A stretch of 64,000 bases of DNA from Bacteroidales bacterium UBA4814 (GCA_002402465.1 DHFW01000052.1:71971-135970); one strand, 5' to 3'; positions 30,040-40,724 are shown, counted from the first letter of the stretch. Notes: generated by a model not told the origin, from the sequence alone. A program made the numbers and translations.

Positions 30040-31497
30040 ATGCGCAGCACCCGCCTGTTTATATTATTGTTGTTTGTGCCTTTTATGGCCAGCCTGATTT
30101 ATTCCTGCCGCGACGACAGCTTTGATGCCAGCCCGGACATTACCTTGGGTTTTTCAGTCGACTCGCTGCTGTTCGATACGGTTTTTACCACCGTGGGCAC
30201 GTCCACCCGGTCTTTCAGGGTGTATAACAACCACAGCCGGCGCATACGCATTTCTTCGGTTGGCTTGGGCAGGGGCTCAGAATCTTTTTTTAGGGTGAAC
30301 GTGGATGGCCGCTCAGGAAGCCAGCTGCACGATATTGAAATTGGGGCCAACGACAGCATCTTTGTTTTTGTAGAAGTAACCGTTGACCCTGTTAACCAGA
30401 ACCTGCCATTGATCATAACCGACAGCCTGGTATTCAACATTAATAATAATGTTCAGGATGTAAAGCTGGTGGCCTGGGGGCAGGACGCCAATTTTATTCA
30501 ACCTAATTATACTGAGCCATCTGGTTTGTCGTACCACCTGATTTCCGAAAACACCGTTTGGACTGCCGATTTGCCCTATGTGGTTTATGGGCTGGCGGTG
30601 GTGGCTCCAAACACAACCCTTACAGTGAGCGAGGGCACATGCGTGCATTTTCACAACAATGCCAGCTTGGTTTTTCTTGCCGAATCTTCTTTTAAGGTTA
30701 ACGGCACCATGGAGCAGCCGGTAAGCTTTCAGGGCGACCGCCTCGAATCGTTTTATGAAAATCAGCCCGGGCAATGGGGACGCATTTGGCTCACTGCCAC
30801 CAGCAAAGATCATGAAATTAATTATGCCGTTATAAAAAACGGCAGTGTGGGGCTGCATGTCGACAGCATTGGCAGCCAAACTTCGCCAACTTTAACCATT
30901 CGCAATACCATTATCAAAAATATGAGTCTGGTGGGCCTGCTGGCACAGGGCAGTCATGTGGTGGCCGAAAATACCGTGATTGCTAATTGTGGCGAAAACA
31001 CTCTTTATCTTGCCCTTGGCGGGAAATACGATTTCAGGCACTGCACTTTTGCCAATTATTACAACCTGCCCAATACCCCTCTGCGGCAGATCCCTTCGGT
31101 GTGGTTTAATAACTATTACCACGATGTGGATGGCAACATTCAGCAGCGCGACTTTGAATCGGTGTTTTTTGGCAACTCCATCATTTACGGCAGCCTGCAA
31201 GAAGAGTTTGTTTTCGATTTGGTGCCCGGGTCTGATTTCAATTTTACCTTTGACCACTGCCTTGTGCGCACTCAGCGCGACACTTTTAATCCCAGCTACA
31301 TTAATATCATTAAAAACCAGGTGCCGCAATTCAACAACCTCTCGGTTCAGGATTATCGCCTGCGTGAAAACTCACCTGCCATTGATGCCGGCAAAAGAAC
31401 CATAGCCCAGGGTGTGCCCTTCGATATTTTGGGCCGTAACCGTGTTCAGCGACCTGACCTGGGAGCGTATCAATACTATGAAATAGAAGAAGAATGA
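30040..31497 (+). CDS. lipoprotein of unknown function (possible beta-helix fold)
   Basis: Signal peptide plus lipobox (LIYSC). The ATG at 30040 is preferred over the TTG at 30034. Confidence 0.55.
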   Translation: MRSTRLFILLLFVPFMASLIYSCRDDSFDASPDITLGFSVDSLLFDTVFTTVGTSTRSFRVYNNHSRRIRISSVGLGRGSESFFRVNVDGRSGSQLHDIEIGANDSIFVFVEVTVDPVNQNLPLIITDSLVFNINNNVQDVKLVAWGQDANFIQPNYTEPSGLSYHLISENTVWTADLPYVVYGLAVVAPNTTLTVSEGTCVHFHNNASLVFLAESSFKVNGTMEQPVSFQGDRLESFYENQPGQWGRIWLTATSKDHEINYAVIKNGSVGLHVDSIGSQTSPTLTIRNTIIKNMSLVGLLAQGSHVVAENTVIANCGENTLYLALGGKYDFRHCTFANYYNLPNTPLRQIPSVWFNNYYHDVDGNIQQRDFESVFFGNSIIYGSLQEEFVFDLVPGSDFNFTFDHCLVRTQRDTFNPSYINIIKNQVPQFNNLSVQDYRLRENSPAIDAGKRTIAQGVPFDILGRNRVQRPDLGAYQYYEIEEE

Positions 31498-31614
31498 GGG
31501 TGTGGAGTTGGGAAGATGAGAAAATTAGAAAGGGATAAGTTGAGATAATGAAAAATGAGAAAATTTGAGAATTAGAGGATTAACAATTAATCCCTAATCC
31601 CTTATCACTTACCC

Positions 31615-32484
31615 TTAATTCAAAATTTCCTTCATTTTTTTGCCGATGTCGGCGGGTGAATCGACCACAAATACACCGCATTCGGTAAGGATTTTCTTTT
31701 TGGCCTCGGCGGTGTCGTCTTTGCCCCCGATTATGGCGCCGGCATGGCCCATGGTGCGGCCTTTTGGAGCGGTTGCGCCGGCAATGAAACTTACCACGGG
31801 CTTGGTGCCGTGATCGCGAATATAATAAGCAGCTTCGGCTTCCATGTTTCCGCCAATCTCGCCAATCATAATTATACCTTCCGTTTCCGGGTCATTCATT
31901 AGCAATTCTACCGCCTCTTTCATGGTAGTGCCTGGGATTGGGTCGCCGCCAATGCCGATGCAGGTCGATTGCCCCATGCCGGCCTTGGTTACCTGGTCAA
32001 CGGCTTCGTAGGTTAAGGTGCCCGATCGCGACACAATGCCGATGGTGCCCTTGCGGTGTATAAAGCCGGGCATAATGCCCACCTTGGCTTCGCCTGGAGT
32101 TATTATGCCGGGGCAGTTGGGGCCGATCAAGCGCACGGGTCTGCCTTTCAAATATTCCTTCACTTTGAGCATGTCTTGTACTGGAATGCCTTCGGTAATA
32201 CACACGATCACCTCAATGCCTGCTTCAGCCGCTTCCATAATTGCGTCGGCGGCAAAAGCCGGCGGAACAAAAATCAAACTAACATTGGCTCCTGCCTGTT
32301 TCACCGCATCTGACACACTGTTGAACACCGGTCGGTCAAGGTGGGTCTGTCCACCCTTGCCAGGCGTTACACCACCCACCACATGGGTGCCGTATTCAAT
32401 CATTTGACTGGCATGAAAAGTACCTTCGCTGCCGGTAAAGCCCTGCACAATCACTCTGGAATCCTTGTTGACAAGCACGCTCAT
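31615..32484 (-). CDS. sucD: succinate--CoA ligase subunit alpha
   Basis: [23 protein letters not shown] and GHAGAII motifs. Confidence 0.9.
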   Translation of the reverse strand: MSVLVNKDSRVIVQGFTGSEGTFHASQMIEYGTHVVGGVTPGKGGQTHLDRPVFNSVSDAVKQAGANVSLIFVPPAFAADAIMEAAEAGIEVIVCITEGIPVQDMLKVKEYLKGRPVRLIGPNCPGIITPGEAKVGIMPGFIHRKGTIGIVSRSGTLTYEAVDQVTKAGMGQSTCIGIGGDPIPGTTMKEAVELLMNDPETEGIIMIGEIGGNMEAEAAYYIRDHGTKPVVSFIAGATAPKGRTMGHAGAIIGGKDDTAEAKKKILTECGVFVVDSPADIGKKMKEILN

Positions 32485-32656
32485 GGGTCTGTTTCTTTTT
32501 TTTGTTTTTCTGTATTTGAAAGATCAAAAATAATGTTTTCCGGCAAAAGAAAGATGAAAAGATGAAGGATTGAAAAGTTGAAAAGTTTATTTTTTTTTGG
32601 CAGTGGCCTTTATATTCGTTTAAATTTGTAATACCCACCAATGAAAGGAGGCCCCC

Positions 32657-34057
32657 ATGCACCAGTATAACACCAGGGATACCATTTGTGCGCCTGCCAC
32701 AGCCCCCGGCATGGCCGCCATAGCAGTGATCAGGATTTCGGGCCCGGAAGCCTTTGCCATAGCTCAGGTCTGTTTCGAACCGCAGAAAAAAGGACTGGCT
32801 TTTTCCGAAATTTCTACCCATAAAGTTATTCTTGGGCAGTTTCATGAAGGGGAAAGGCCAGTGGATGAGGTGCTACTGACAAAATTTCAACATCCTCATA
32901 CTTATACGGGCGAAGACCTGGTCGAAATTTCTTGTCACGGTTCACCATTTATTCAGCAAGAAATTATACGGATACTTATCGATAAGGGCGCTCGTATGGC
33001 CAAACCCGGTGAGTTTACCATGCGTGCTTTTCTGAACGGACGCATGGACCTCTCGCAGGCCGAAGCAGTAGCCGATCTGATTGCTTCCAACTCTTCTGCA
33101 TCACACAAAATGGCCTTCAGGCAAATGCGCGGGCACTTCTCCGAAAGGATCAGGGAACTGCGGCAGCAACTGGTAACCTTTGCCGGATTGATTGAGCTGG
33201 AACTTGATTTCAGCGAGGAGGATGTGGAATTTGCCGACCGCGGCAGCCTTAACACCTTGCTCGATACCATTGAAAACGAAATCGGTCGCCTTAAGCAAAG
33301 CTTCTCAATGGGCAATGTGCTGAAAAACGGCATCCCCGTTGCCATAATAGGAAAACCCAATGTGGGTAAATCAACCCTGCTCAATGCACTGCTAAACGAA
33401 GAACGGGCCATTGTCTCCGACATCCCCGGAACTACCCGCGACACCATTGAAGATACCATCGCGATCAATGGGGTAGCTTTCCGCTTTATTGATACTGCCG
33501 GGCTTCGGCACAGCGAGGATACCATTGAGACCTTCGGTATTGAGCGCACTTATGAAAAGATAAGGCAAGCGGCAATAATCCTTTACCTGTTTGATGCCAG
33601 CGGAACTACCCTGGAAGAAATCACGGAAACCCTGAATGACTTCCGCGAAAAGTTTTATGATGAAAATAAGCGGCTGATTCTGATTGCCAATAAGATTGAC
33701 CTGCTCGAGGAGATACCCCATCACTTCCGCAACCTGGTGGAACTGGAAACCATTTTTGTTTCGGCCAAGCGCAAGGAAAATATCAATATGATTGCCGAAA
33801 GCCTTTTAAGTTCGGTCAGTACGGCCAGCGAAGAAGAGAACCAGGCCATAGTAAGCAACAGCCGCCACTACGAAGCCCTGGCAAAAACCGCCGAAGCCAT
33901 TGCCGCAGTGCGCCGGGGTATTGAAGAAAACCTGCCCGGCGACCTGATGGCCATCGACCTGCGCTCGGCCCTGCACCACCTGGGCACTATCACCGGCGAG
34001 GTGACGAATGAAGAGATTTTGGGGAACATCTTTGAGAAGTTCTGCATCGGGAAGTAA
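32657..34057 (+). CDS. mnmE: tRNA modification GTPase MnmE
   Basis: DTICAPATAPG, GKPNVGKSTLLN, DTAGLR and C-terminal FCIGK motifs. Confidence 0.9.
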   Translation: MHQYNTRDTICAPATAPGMAAIAVIRISGPEAFAIAQVCFEPQKKGLAFSEISTHKVILGQFHEGERPVDEVLLTKFQHPHTYTGEDLVEISCHGSPFIQQEIIRILIDKGARMAKPGEFTMRAFLNGRMDLSQAEAVADLIASNSSASHKMAFRQMRGHFSERIRELRQQLVTFAGLIELELDFSEEDVEFADRGSLNTLLDTIENEIGRLKQSFSMGNVLKNGIPVAIIGKPNVGKSTLLNALLNEERAIVSDIPGTTRDTIEDTIAINGVAFRFIDTAGLRHSEDTIETFGIERTYEKIRQAAIILYLFDASGTTLEEITETLNDFREKFYDENKRLILIANKIDLLEEIPHHFRNLVELETIFVSAKRKENINMIAESLLSSVSTASEEENQAIVSNSRHYEALAKTAEAIAAVRRGIEENLPGDLMAIDLRSALHHLGTITGEVTNEEILGNIFEKFCIGK

Positions 34058-34158
34058 TTACATTTCCTTTACTACTCTAAACCCTTATTTTTCTTGCTTT
34101 TAGGCGGTTATTACTTCCTTTGTTTGTTGCTAAGTTTCCCTTTTTTTGCTTATATTTG

Positions 34159-34178
34159 TTTCTAATCTGTTGTTGATA
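34159..34178 (+). repeat. left att-like repeat (attL candidate)
   Basis: tttCTAATCTGTTGttgata, next to two TTGATAGCAACA(G/A) direct repeats (34173-34185, 34191-34204) and GTTGCTAA/TTAGCAAC motifs (34126-34133, 34209-34216). Confidence 0.5.
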
Positions 34179-34299
34179 GCAACAGGTTTGTTGATAGCAA
34201 CAAGATTTTTAGCAACAGGCGAAATCATGTTACATAGAGATACGCCCCGATAAAAAGGGATATTCTACGATACATTTTTGAGCCAAAAAGGAAAACACT

Positions 34300-34653
34300 A
34301 TGAGCAGCAGTATAGAAGTTCCAAAGATTTGTCAGGACTGCGGAAAGTCTTTCATCGCAAAGACTACCGTTACCAAATTTTGCAGCCACAAGTGCGCCTC
34401 CCGAAACTACAAGAAGCGTAAGCGAGAAGGAAAGATTGAGGAGGTTGCCCCTATTGTGGTTCAGAGAATTGAATACAATCAGGAACAGTTAAAGCACAAA
34501 GATTTTTTGAGTGTTGATGAAACCTGCAAGCTCTTAGGTGCAAGCCGCATGACAATCTATCGACAGATAAAAGCCGGAAACATCAGAGCGGCAAAGATTG
34601 GCAGTCGCACAATCATCAAGAGAACCGAAATCGATAAACTGTTTCAGATATGA
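34300..34653 (+). CDS. zinc-ribbon + excisionase-family (HTH_17) DNA-binding protein
   Basis: CQDCGKSF...CSHKC zinc ribbon and a C-terminal LSVDETCKLLGASRMTIYRQIKAG HTH. An ATGA overlap joins it to the integrase gene. Confidence 0.6.
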   Translation: MSSSIEVPKICQDCGKSFIAKTTVTKFCSHKCASRNYKKRKREGKIEEVAPIVVQRIEYNQEQLKHKDFLSVDETCKLLGASRMTIYRQIKAGNIRAAKIGSRTIIKRTEIDKLFQI

Positions 34654-35744
34654 AGGTAACACTAAGACAACGCAACCAGGGCGGACAGACCAGCTTATAC
34701 CTCGACTATTACCATAAAGGAAAGCGGAAAACCGAGTACCTAAAATTGTACCTCGACCCCAATGCAAAGACCAAGGAGGAAAAAGAGGTCAACAAAAAGA
34801 CCATGCAATTAGCCGAAACCATCAGGGCGCAAAGACAAATCGAAATCCAAAACGGTGTTTATGGCTTTCGTGATCAGGAGAAGCAAAAAGGGAGCTTCCT
34901 TTCCTACATTGAATTGCTTGCGCAGCAAAGAGACGACAGCCCCGGCAATCATGGCAACTGGACGAGCATGATTAAGCACCTCAAGGCTTTTTGCTCTTAT
35001 GATATTTCATTCTCAGAAGTGGACAGGCAATTTGTTCAGGACTTCAAACTATTCCTTGATAAGAAAGCCATAGCCCACGGAAATCAGAAGCTATCCCAAA
35101 ACTCCAAGTACTCCTATTTCAACAAGCTCAGAGCAGCCCTAAAACAAGCAGTGAAAGACGGCATCATTCCAACCAATCCTTCTGAAGGTGTTGAAGCATT
35201 CAAACAAGGAGAACCGGAAAGAGAGTTTTTGACACTGGAAGAATTGCAATCCGCAGTAAAGGCAGATTGCGAAATCCCTATCCTGAAAACGGCATTCATT
35301 TTTTCATGCCTTACAGGGCTTCGCTGGTCAGATATAAACAAGCTCGTTTGGTCTGAGGTGCAGCACTCAAATGAAATGGGCTACTACATCCGATTCAGGC
35401 AAAAGAAAACCAAAGGAGCAGAAACTCTCCCCATTTCAGAACAAGCCTTTGGCTTGCTTGGTGAGCGAGAAGATAAAGACGAGCGAGTTTTCAAGGGATT
35501 GAAATACTCAGCTTGGCACAACCTCAAATTGCAGCAATGGATGATGAAAGCAGGAATATCCAAAACCATCACGTTCCATTGCGCCCGTCATACCTATGCC
35601 ACCTTGCAGCTTACAATGGGAACGGACATTTACACAGTATCAAAGCTCTTAGGCCATAGAGAATTGAAAACCACCCAAGTCTATGCGAAAATCATAGATG
35701 ATAAGAAGAAGGAAGCAGCCAGTAAAATCAAACTCGACCTATGA
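34650..35744 (+). CDS. int: tyrosine site-specific integrase
   Basis: N-terminal arm-binding-like domain, GLRWSD (Arg), HCARHTYAT (HxxR) and LGHRELKTTQVYAKI (catalytic Tyr). Confidence 0.9.
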   Translation: MKVTLRQRNQGGQTSLYLDYYHKGKRKTEYLKLYLDPNAKTKEEKEVNKKTMQLAETIRAQRQIEIQNGVYGFRDQEKQKGSFLSYIELLAQQRDDSPGNHGNWTSMIKHLKAFCSYDISFSEVDRQFVQDFKLFLDKKAIAHGNQKLSQNSKYSYFNKLRAALKQAVKDGIIPTNPSEGVEAFKQGEPEREFLTLEELQSAVKADCEIPILKTAFIFSCLTGLRWSDINKLVWSEVQHSNEMGYYIRFRQKKTKGAETLPISEQAFGLLGEREDKDERVFKGLKYSAWHNLKLQQWMMKAGISKTITFHCARHTYATLQLTMGTDIYTVSKLLGHRELKTTQVYAKIIDDKKKEAASKIKLDL

Positions 35745-36757
35745 GCAATCAAACCAAGATACTTGATGATATTCTAAACCAGGGGCTGCGCCCTTGGTTA
35801 GAAAAGAACAGCTTGGACGACAAGTTTGCTCCCAAGCTCCGTTCCTTGAAAGAAACCTCCACGGATTATCCGTTCAGGTATGAAATCAACTTTCTAAGGC
35901 CATTCGACAACAAGACCAAATACTATTCAAAGCTGATTCTGAATACAGTCAAAGCAGACGTTGAAAGGCTCTACAACCTCATCAGTGAAGATGATACTGA
36001 AAACCTCATCCGCTATTGGCTGGAAGATACTTTGAACAAGCGTTTAAAGACTCGTTTAAAGGACATTGGAAAGCTGATTAAAGAGAAGGAATTTGATTTG
36101 ACATTCATAGATCCCAATAAAGCTTCCATTGAGTTTGACCAGGCACACAAAGCCAACACCTATATCATTCAATTGCTAAAGCTTGCATACATGCAGCTTT
36201 ACCTCGAAATCCAAGATGCTTTCAGTACTTGGATTGATGATAAGTTGGTGATAGAGGATTTTTACACCCAGCTACTACTTGAACCAATACCGCAAAAAGT
36301 TTTATTGACCGAGATTCAAATCATTGAAGTTGAAGCCAAGGACGAACCAACTAAAAAGTCCCACCCCGAACCAACAGTAAATTCATTTCATTCATTTACC
36401 TACAAGCAATTCAGCACAAGTCCAGACAAGCTTACTGATTTATGCGACAGCCTCAAAAAGAACAATTTCATTAGCAAAGAAACTCAGCTATCCAATTTCA
36501 GAAAGATCTTTTCAGGAGACGAAATTAAAACACCTGTTATCTGGACAGGAAATGTAAGTGAGTTCTATTACTTCATCAAATTACTTTACACTAAACACAA
36601 GCTGGTTGCAGACCTAAAGCAAAATCAATGGAAAGTTGCTTGCAAATGCTTTATTAAAACTGATGGCTCATTCTTCGAATATGAAGGTCTCAGGAAAAAT
36701 CAAGCTCCCAAGTCAACAGGCCATTTATTGGAATCCGCTATTTCATTGCTGAAATAA
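35741..36757 (+). CDS. hypothetical protein co-transcribed with the integrase
   Basis: 338-aa ORF whose start overlaps the integrase stop as ATGA. I recognised no motif. Confidence 0.5.
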   Translation: MSNQTKILDDILNQGLRPWLEKNSLDDKFAPKLRSLKETSTDYPFRYEINFLRPFDNKTKYYSKLILNTVKADVERLYNLISEDDTENLIRYWLEDTLNKRLKTRLKDIGKLIKEKEFDLTFIDPNKASIEFDQAHKANTYIIQLLKLAYMQLYLEIQDAFSTWIDDKLVIEDFYTQLLLEPIPQKVLLTEIQIIEVEAKDEPTKKSHPEPTVNSFHSFTYKQFSTSPDKLTDLCDSLKKNNFISKETQLSNFRKIFSGDEIKTPVIWTGNVSEFYYFIKLLYTKHKLVADLKQNQWKVACKCFIKTDGSFFEYEGLRKNQAPKSTGHLLESAISLLK

Positions 36758-36801
36758 GCCGCTCGACACTTTACTCCTATTATCTTTTTTCTGTTTTTAT
36801 T

Positions 36802-36840
36802 TAGCCCTCTTTTTCAAAAAAAGCGGGCTATTCTTTTTTT
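36802..36840 (+). terminator. possible terminator (6-bp stem, large loop, T-run)
   Basis: Stem tagccc...gggcta followed by ttcttttttt. Confidence 0.35.
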
Positions 36841-36846
36841 CAGCCC

Positions 36847-36870
36847 ACTCGACACTCGACACTCGACACT
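36847..36870. repeat. tandem heptamer ACTCGAC x3.4; a further CTCGACACT copy at 36762-36770
   Basis: Read directly from the sequence: actcgacactcgacactcgacact. It lies 120 nt upstream of the HTH gene at 36989. Confidence 0.8.
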
Positions 36871-36988
36871 CCCCCTGCTATTCGGCACTCATAATGCCCT
36901 ATTAGCCACTCTAATTTAGCACTGTATTCGGGAATCGAATATGGCTTTACCGGTGAAGTCCATTCATTAATTCTTAACACAATTAAAG

Positions 36989-37288
36989 ATGGACGAAATA
37001 ATTGAACGTCTTGATAATCTCCAACGCCTAATTGAGAGCCAGGGGATTTACACAAAGGAAGTTTTAAACTTCAATGAGGCTTGCCAGTATCTGGAGCTTT
37101 CCCAATCTCACTTGTACAAGCTGACAAGTGCAGGGAACATTCCACACTACAAGCCCAATGGAAAGAAGCTCTATTTCAAAAGAAGCGAGTTGGAAGGCTG
37201 GTTGCTTCGCAACCGCAATGCCACTCAGGATGAAATAGACCAGCGAGCAGCAGATTATCTAATAAAAAAAGGGAGGATAAAGCTATGA
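36989..37288 (+). CDS. excisionase-family helix-turn-helix (HTH_17) protein
   Basis: FNEACQYLELSQSHLYKLTSAGNIPHYKPNGKKLYFKRSELEGWL. Confidence 0.7.
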   Translation: MDEIIERLDNLQRLIESQGIYTKEVLNFNEACQYLELSQSHLYKLTSAGNIPHYKPNGKKLYFKRSELEGWLLRNRNATQDEIDQRAADYLIKKGRIKL

Positions 37289-37581
37289 CGGAGATATTCG
37301 ATATGCTCCTGACTCTTTCTCAGGACATTAAAACAGTCAAAGCCTACCTCCTCAACTTCCATAAGTCACGCTTAGAGCAGTTCAGTGATGAGTGGATTGA
37401 TGGTCAGGTAGTGATGCAAACGCTGCATATCAGTAAAAGAACCCTCCAATCCCTTCGGGATAGTGGGGTTCTTCCCTACAGCCGAATCAATGGCAAATTC
37501 TACTACAAGGTTTCTGATATAGAAGCCTTACTGGAATCCAATTACTCACCTTCAAAATCAAAGCACTATGGAGGTAAGTAG
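37285..37581 (+). CDS. excisionase-family helix-turn-helix (HTH_17) protein
   Basis: VMQTLHISKRTLQSLRDSGVLPYSRINGKFYYKVSDIEALL. Its start overlaps the previous gene as ATGA. Confidence 0.7.
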   Translation: MTEIFDMLLTLSQDIKTVKAYLLNFHKSRLEQFSDEWIDGQVVMQTLHISKRTLQSLRDSGVLPYSRINGKFYYKVSDIEALLESNYSPSKSKHYGGK

Positions 37582-38488
37582 AAAAGCCATTCTCGACAAA
37601 ACGCACTATGGCCTGAATATTTATTCCCATGTGCTGCGCCACTACTATCCGGGCGAAACAGTCCTTTCCTTTTCGGGAAGGGACTGCAAACCTGCGAAGA
37701 ACCCATTCAATGCAGACAAGCCTACATTGTTAGTAAAGGTTGTTGACGGTTGTGCTACGCACACCGATTCAGAAGAAGCCATTGCACGAGGCAATGTCTT
37801 TGATTTTGCAGCATTGCATTTCAGCCTCGAAGGGCAAGCCCTTCTCGACAAGCTGAATGAAGAACTGCATTTGCGTATCGGTAAGCAACAAGGCTTTTAC
37901 AGACAGGCAGAATCGCAACCTGCGGTTGCTCTTCCTGAAATAGTCAAACCAGCTCCGCCAGTTTTCAGCTATTTCAACAAACCTGTCACCAACACAATCC
38001 CAAGTCGGCAAGCTTCCTTGGTTGAGGTGTACCACCTTATCAAAGGCAATGAATTTGCTTCGTGTACAAGTACACTTCGCAACATTCCCAACCCGAAGGA
38101 AGCCCGAAAGTATAAGGCTCAAAATTTCGATTATGTGACCTTCTCAGGCACTTTCTCCAAGAGAAATGATGCAAACCTCCAAAGACATTCAGGCTTGCTC
38201 ACAATCGATTTTGACCACATTCAGGACATTCCTTCACTCAGGGCGGCATTACTCAACGACCATTATTTTGAAACGGAGCTACTGTTTGTGTCTCCTTCAG
38301 GTGATGGCCTCAAATGGGTAATCCCAATCGACTTGACACAGGCAAAACACCAGGACTATTTCAAGGCAGTGGCAAACTACGTTTCCCACACCTACCAACT
38401 CGAAATAGATCAATCCGGAAAGGACATATCAAGAGCATGTTTCCTTCCGCATGATTCAGAAATATTCATCAATCCTAAATACTTGTAG
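37568..38488 (+). CDS. VirE_N / BT4734-like primase-related protein
   Basis: LLTIDFDHI...LLFVSPSGDGLKWVIPI...ACFLPHD pattern, typical of Bacteroides mobile-element primase-like proteins. Confidence 0.55.
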   Translation: MEVSRKAILDKTHYGLNIYSHVLRHYYPGETVLSFSGRDCKPAKNPFNADKPTLLVKVVDGCATHTDSEEAIARGNVFDFAALHFSLEGQALLDKLNEELHLRIGKQQGFYRQAESQPAVALPEIVKPAPPVFSYFNKPVTNTIPSRQASLVEVYHLIKGNEFASCTSTLRNIPNPKEARKYKAQNFDYVTFSGTFSKRNDANLQRHSGLLTIDFDHIQDIPSLRAALLNDHYFETELLFVSPSGDGLKWVIPIDLTQAKHQDYFKAVANYVSHTYQLEIDQSGKDISRACFLPHDSEIFINPKYL

Positions 38489-38491
38489 GAC

Positions 38492-40309
38492 ATGGAAAGA
38501 AAAACATTCAATCCGCAGGATTGGCTTAATCAGCCAACCCCGCAACCGAAAGTTACAGAGCAACAAACTTTCAATACAGATTCTCAAATAGATGAAGTAG
38601 AACGCATCATTCAAAGCATTGAAGCCAACCGTACAGATATTACCTCCTCTTACAGCAATTGGGTCAATATCGGCTTTGCCTTTGCTGATGAGTTTGGTGA
38701 GAAAGGCAGAAACCTATTTCATAGAGTAAGCCAGTTCTATCCCGATTATTCCGCTACGGAGTGCGACAAGCAATTTGACAATTGCCTGAAATCAAAAGGT
38801 CATGGCGTTTCACTAAAGACCTTTTTCTACCTCGCCAAAGATGCAGGAATTGACATTGCCCCTCCACGGACAGAAAAACAGGATAAGCACACCTTCAAAA
38901 GTGAAAAGCTGAAGGACAGTCAAACAGATCACCGACAGCCCGAGAAGCAGGAACCGGAAGAAATGCCAACTTTTCCAGATTCCTTGTTTCCTGAACTTCC
39001 TGAATTTCTTCAAAAGGTTGTGGCGGTTGCCACTTCCAATGAGGAACGGGATATTCTTCTCCTTGGCTCTATTGGTGCTATCAGTGCATGTTTACCCAAA
39101 GTATCAGGCATCTATGACGGTAAGCGAGTATTTGCCAATCTATTCCTATTCATAACCGCCCAGGCATCCGCAGGAAAAGGCCGCTTGGTGCATTGCCGCC
39201 AGTTGGTCAATCCGGTTCATAAAGAACTACGGGAACAAGCCAAACTCCACAAGCAGCACTATGAATTGGAAATGGCAGAATACAACGCCAAGAAAGGCAA
39301 GGAAGAAGGCATTGAGAAACCAGCCAAACCACCTGAAAAGATGCTGTTCATTCCAGCCAACAACAGTTCAACGGGTGCTTACCAATTGTTGGGTGATAGT
39401 GATGGCAGAGGGCTGATATTCGAGACCGAAGGTGACACCTTAGCCCATGCCTTCAAGAGCGATTATGGAAATTACAGTGACGGCTTTAGAAAAGCCTTTC
39501 ACCATGAAACCATATCCTACTACCGCAGAACCGACCGTGAGTTTGTGGACATAGAAAGCCCTTGTCTTTCTACGGTCCTGTCAGGTACGCCAAAACAAGT
39601 TTCGGCATTGATACCCAACGCTGAAAACGGCTTATTCAGCCGTTTCATCTTCTATTTCATGAACGTTCGCCCGGTATGGAAAAATGTCTTTGCAAGCCAA
39701 ACGGATAATGGATTAGATGATTACTTTGAAGCCCTGGGCAATGAGTTCTATGAACTCTACAAAGTCATCATGCAGGATGAACCAAGGCAGTTCTACCTTA
39801 CGGCAGACCAGCAAGAGCAGTTCAATCAGTTCTTTGGGCAAATACAGGAAAAGTACCTTAATCTTCAGGGCTTGGACTACATGGCAACCATCAGAAGATT
39901 GGGTTTGATAGCCTTCCGTATCAGCATGATATTCTCCGCTTTGCGGATCATGGAAACGGGCGACACTTCCAAGAAGCTGATTTGTGAGGAAAGGGATTTT
40001 CAAGCTGCGCTTGAAATGGTGAAAGTATTGGTAAAGCACTCAAGCAAGGTATTTGGAGAGCTACCTCAAGAGGAATCCAAACCAAGCAGGATGAACAAGA
40101 AAGAAAAGTTCCTCTATGCACTACCGTACAACTTCAACCGCCAGAAGTATCTTGAAGTAGCCAATACCCTGAACATTCCGGCAAAGACAGCCGAAGGCTA
40201 TATCACCGCTTTTGCCAAATCGGGAATGGTTCACCGTGAATCTCAGGACAATTACATCAATACCTCACTTGAGGATATTCAGGATTCTAAGGATGCTGAG
40301 GACGTATAG
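38492..40309 (+). CDS. PriCT-2 + DUF3987-like P-loop (replicative helicase-like) protein
   Basis: WVNIGFAFADEFGEKGRNLFHRVSQ (PriCT-like) and ITAQASAGKGRL (Walker A-like). Confidence 0.55.
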   Translation: MERKTFNPQDWLNQPTPQPKVTEQQTFNTDSQIDEVERIIQSIEANRTDITSSYSNWVNIGFAFADEFGEKGRNLFHRVSQFYPDYSATECDKQFDNCLKSKGHGVSLKTFFYLAKDAGIDIAPPRTEKQDKHTFKSEKLKDSQTDHRQPEKQEPEEMPTFPDSLFPELPEFLQKVVAVATSNEERDILLLGSIGAISACLPKVSGIYDGKRVFANLFLFITAQASAGKGRLVHCRQLVNPVHKELREQAKLHKQHYELEMAEYNAKKGKEEGIEKPAKPPEKMLFIPANNSSTGAYQLLGDSDGRGLIFETEGDTLAHAFKSDYGNYSDGFRKAFHHETISYYRRTDREFVDIESPCLSTVLSGTPKQVSALIPNAENGLFSRFIFYFMNVRPVWKNVFASQTDNGLDDYFEALGNEFYELYKVIMQDEPRQFYLTADQQEQFNQFFGQIQEKYLNLQGLDYMATIRRLGLIAFRISMIFSALRIMETGDTSKKLICEERDFQAALEMVKVLVKHSSKVFGELPQEESKPSRMNKKEKFLYALPYNFNRQKYLEVANTLNIPAKTAEGYITAFAKSGMVHRESQDNYINTSLEDIQDSKDAEDV

Positions 40310-40428
40310 TCCTTGGCATCCTCCATTTCCTCAAAATCCTGAAATCAGTTTACCACTATAATTTGCTTTTACTATCGTTTTCTTTTCTTATATTAGCCAA
40401 ATATTGACAAGTCATAAATTAACAGGTC

Positions 40429-40722
40429 ATGTTTTTCGGTGAAAGAATTAGAGAGCTAAGAGAAAGCCAGGGATTGTTGCAACGGCAGTTAGCAGCAAAC
40501 CTTGAAATAGACACCCCCATGTTTAGTAAAATTGAACGTGGTGAACGGAAAGCCAAACGGGAACAGGTCCTGAAAATTGCCGAAATCCTCAAAGCAAGTC
40601 AGCAGGAATTATTGGCTTTATGGTTGGCAGACCAAATCAAGGAAATAGTAACAGACGAAGATCAGGCATTACAAGCCTTGAAAATCGCTCAAAAGGATAT
40701 AAACCAAGCAAACACCAAATAA
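40429..40722 (+). CDS. XRE-family HTH regulator (candidate controller protein of the R-M operon)
   Basis: FGERIRELRESQGLLQRQLAANLEIDTPMFSKIERGERKA. It ends 2 nt before the hsdM ATG. Confidence 0.8.
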   Translation: MFFGERIRELRESQGLLQRQLAANLEIDTPMFSKIERGERKAKREQVLKIAEILKASQQELLALWLADQIKEIVTDEDQALQALKIAQKDINQANTK

Positions 40723-40724
40723 GA

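Noticed and set aside
34058-34299. A tRNA gene as the integration target at the island junctions (also 59983-60230).
   Set aside because: I found no cloverleaf-compatible segment or T-loop (GTTCRANYC-like) motif at either junction.
36847-36870. A CRISPR array (also considered for the 58.2/58.56 kb repeats).
   Set aside because: The units are 7 nt with no spacers, or only two copies about 360 bp apart. There are no cas genes.
40620-40724. The upstream start (40620) for hsdM given in the ORF track.
   Set aside because: It would overlap almost the whole C-terminal third of the XRE gene in another frame and add a basic low-complexity leader. ATG 40725 begins the conserved HsdM N-terminus (MNQVQHNAIVNFIW).
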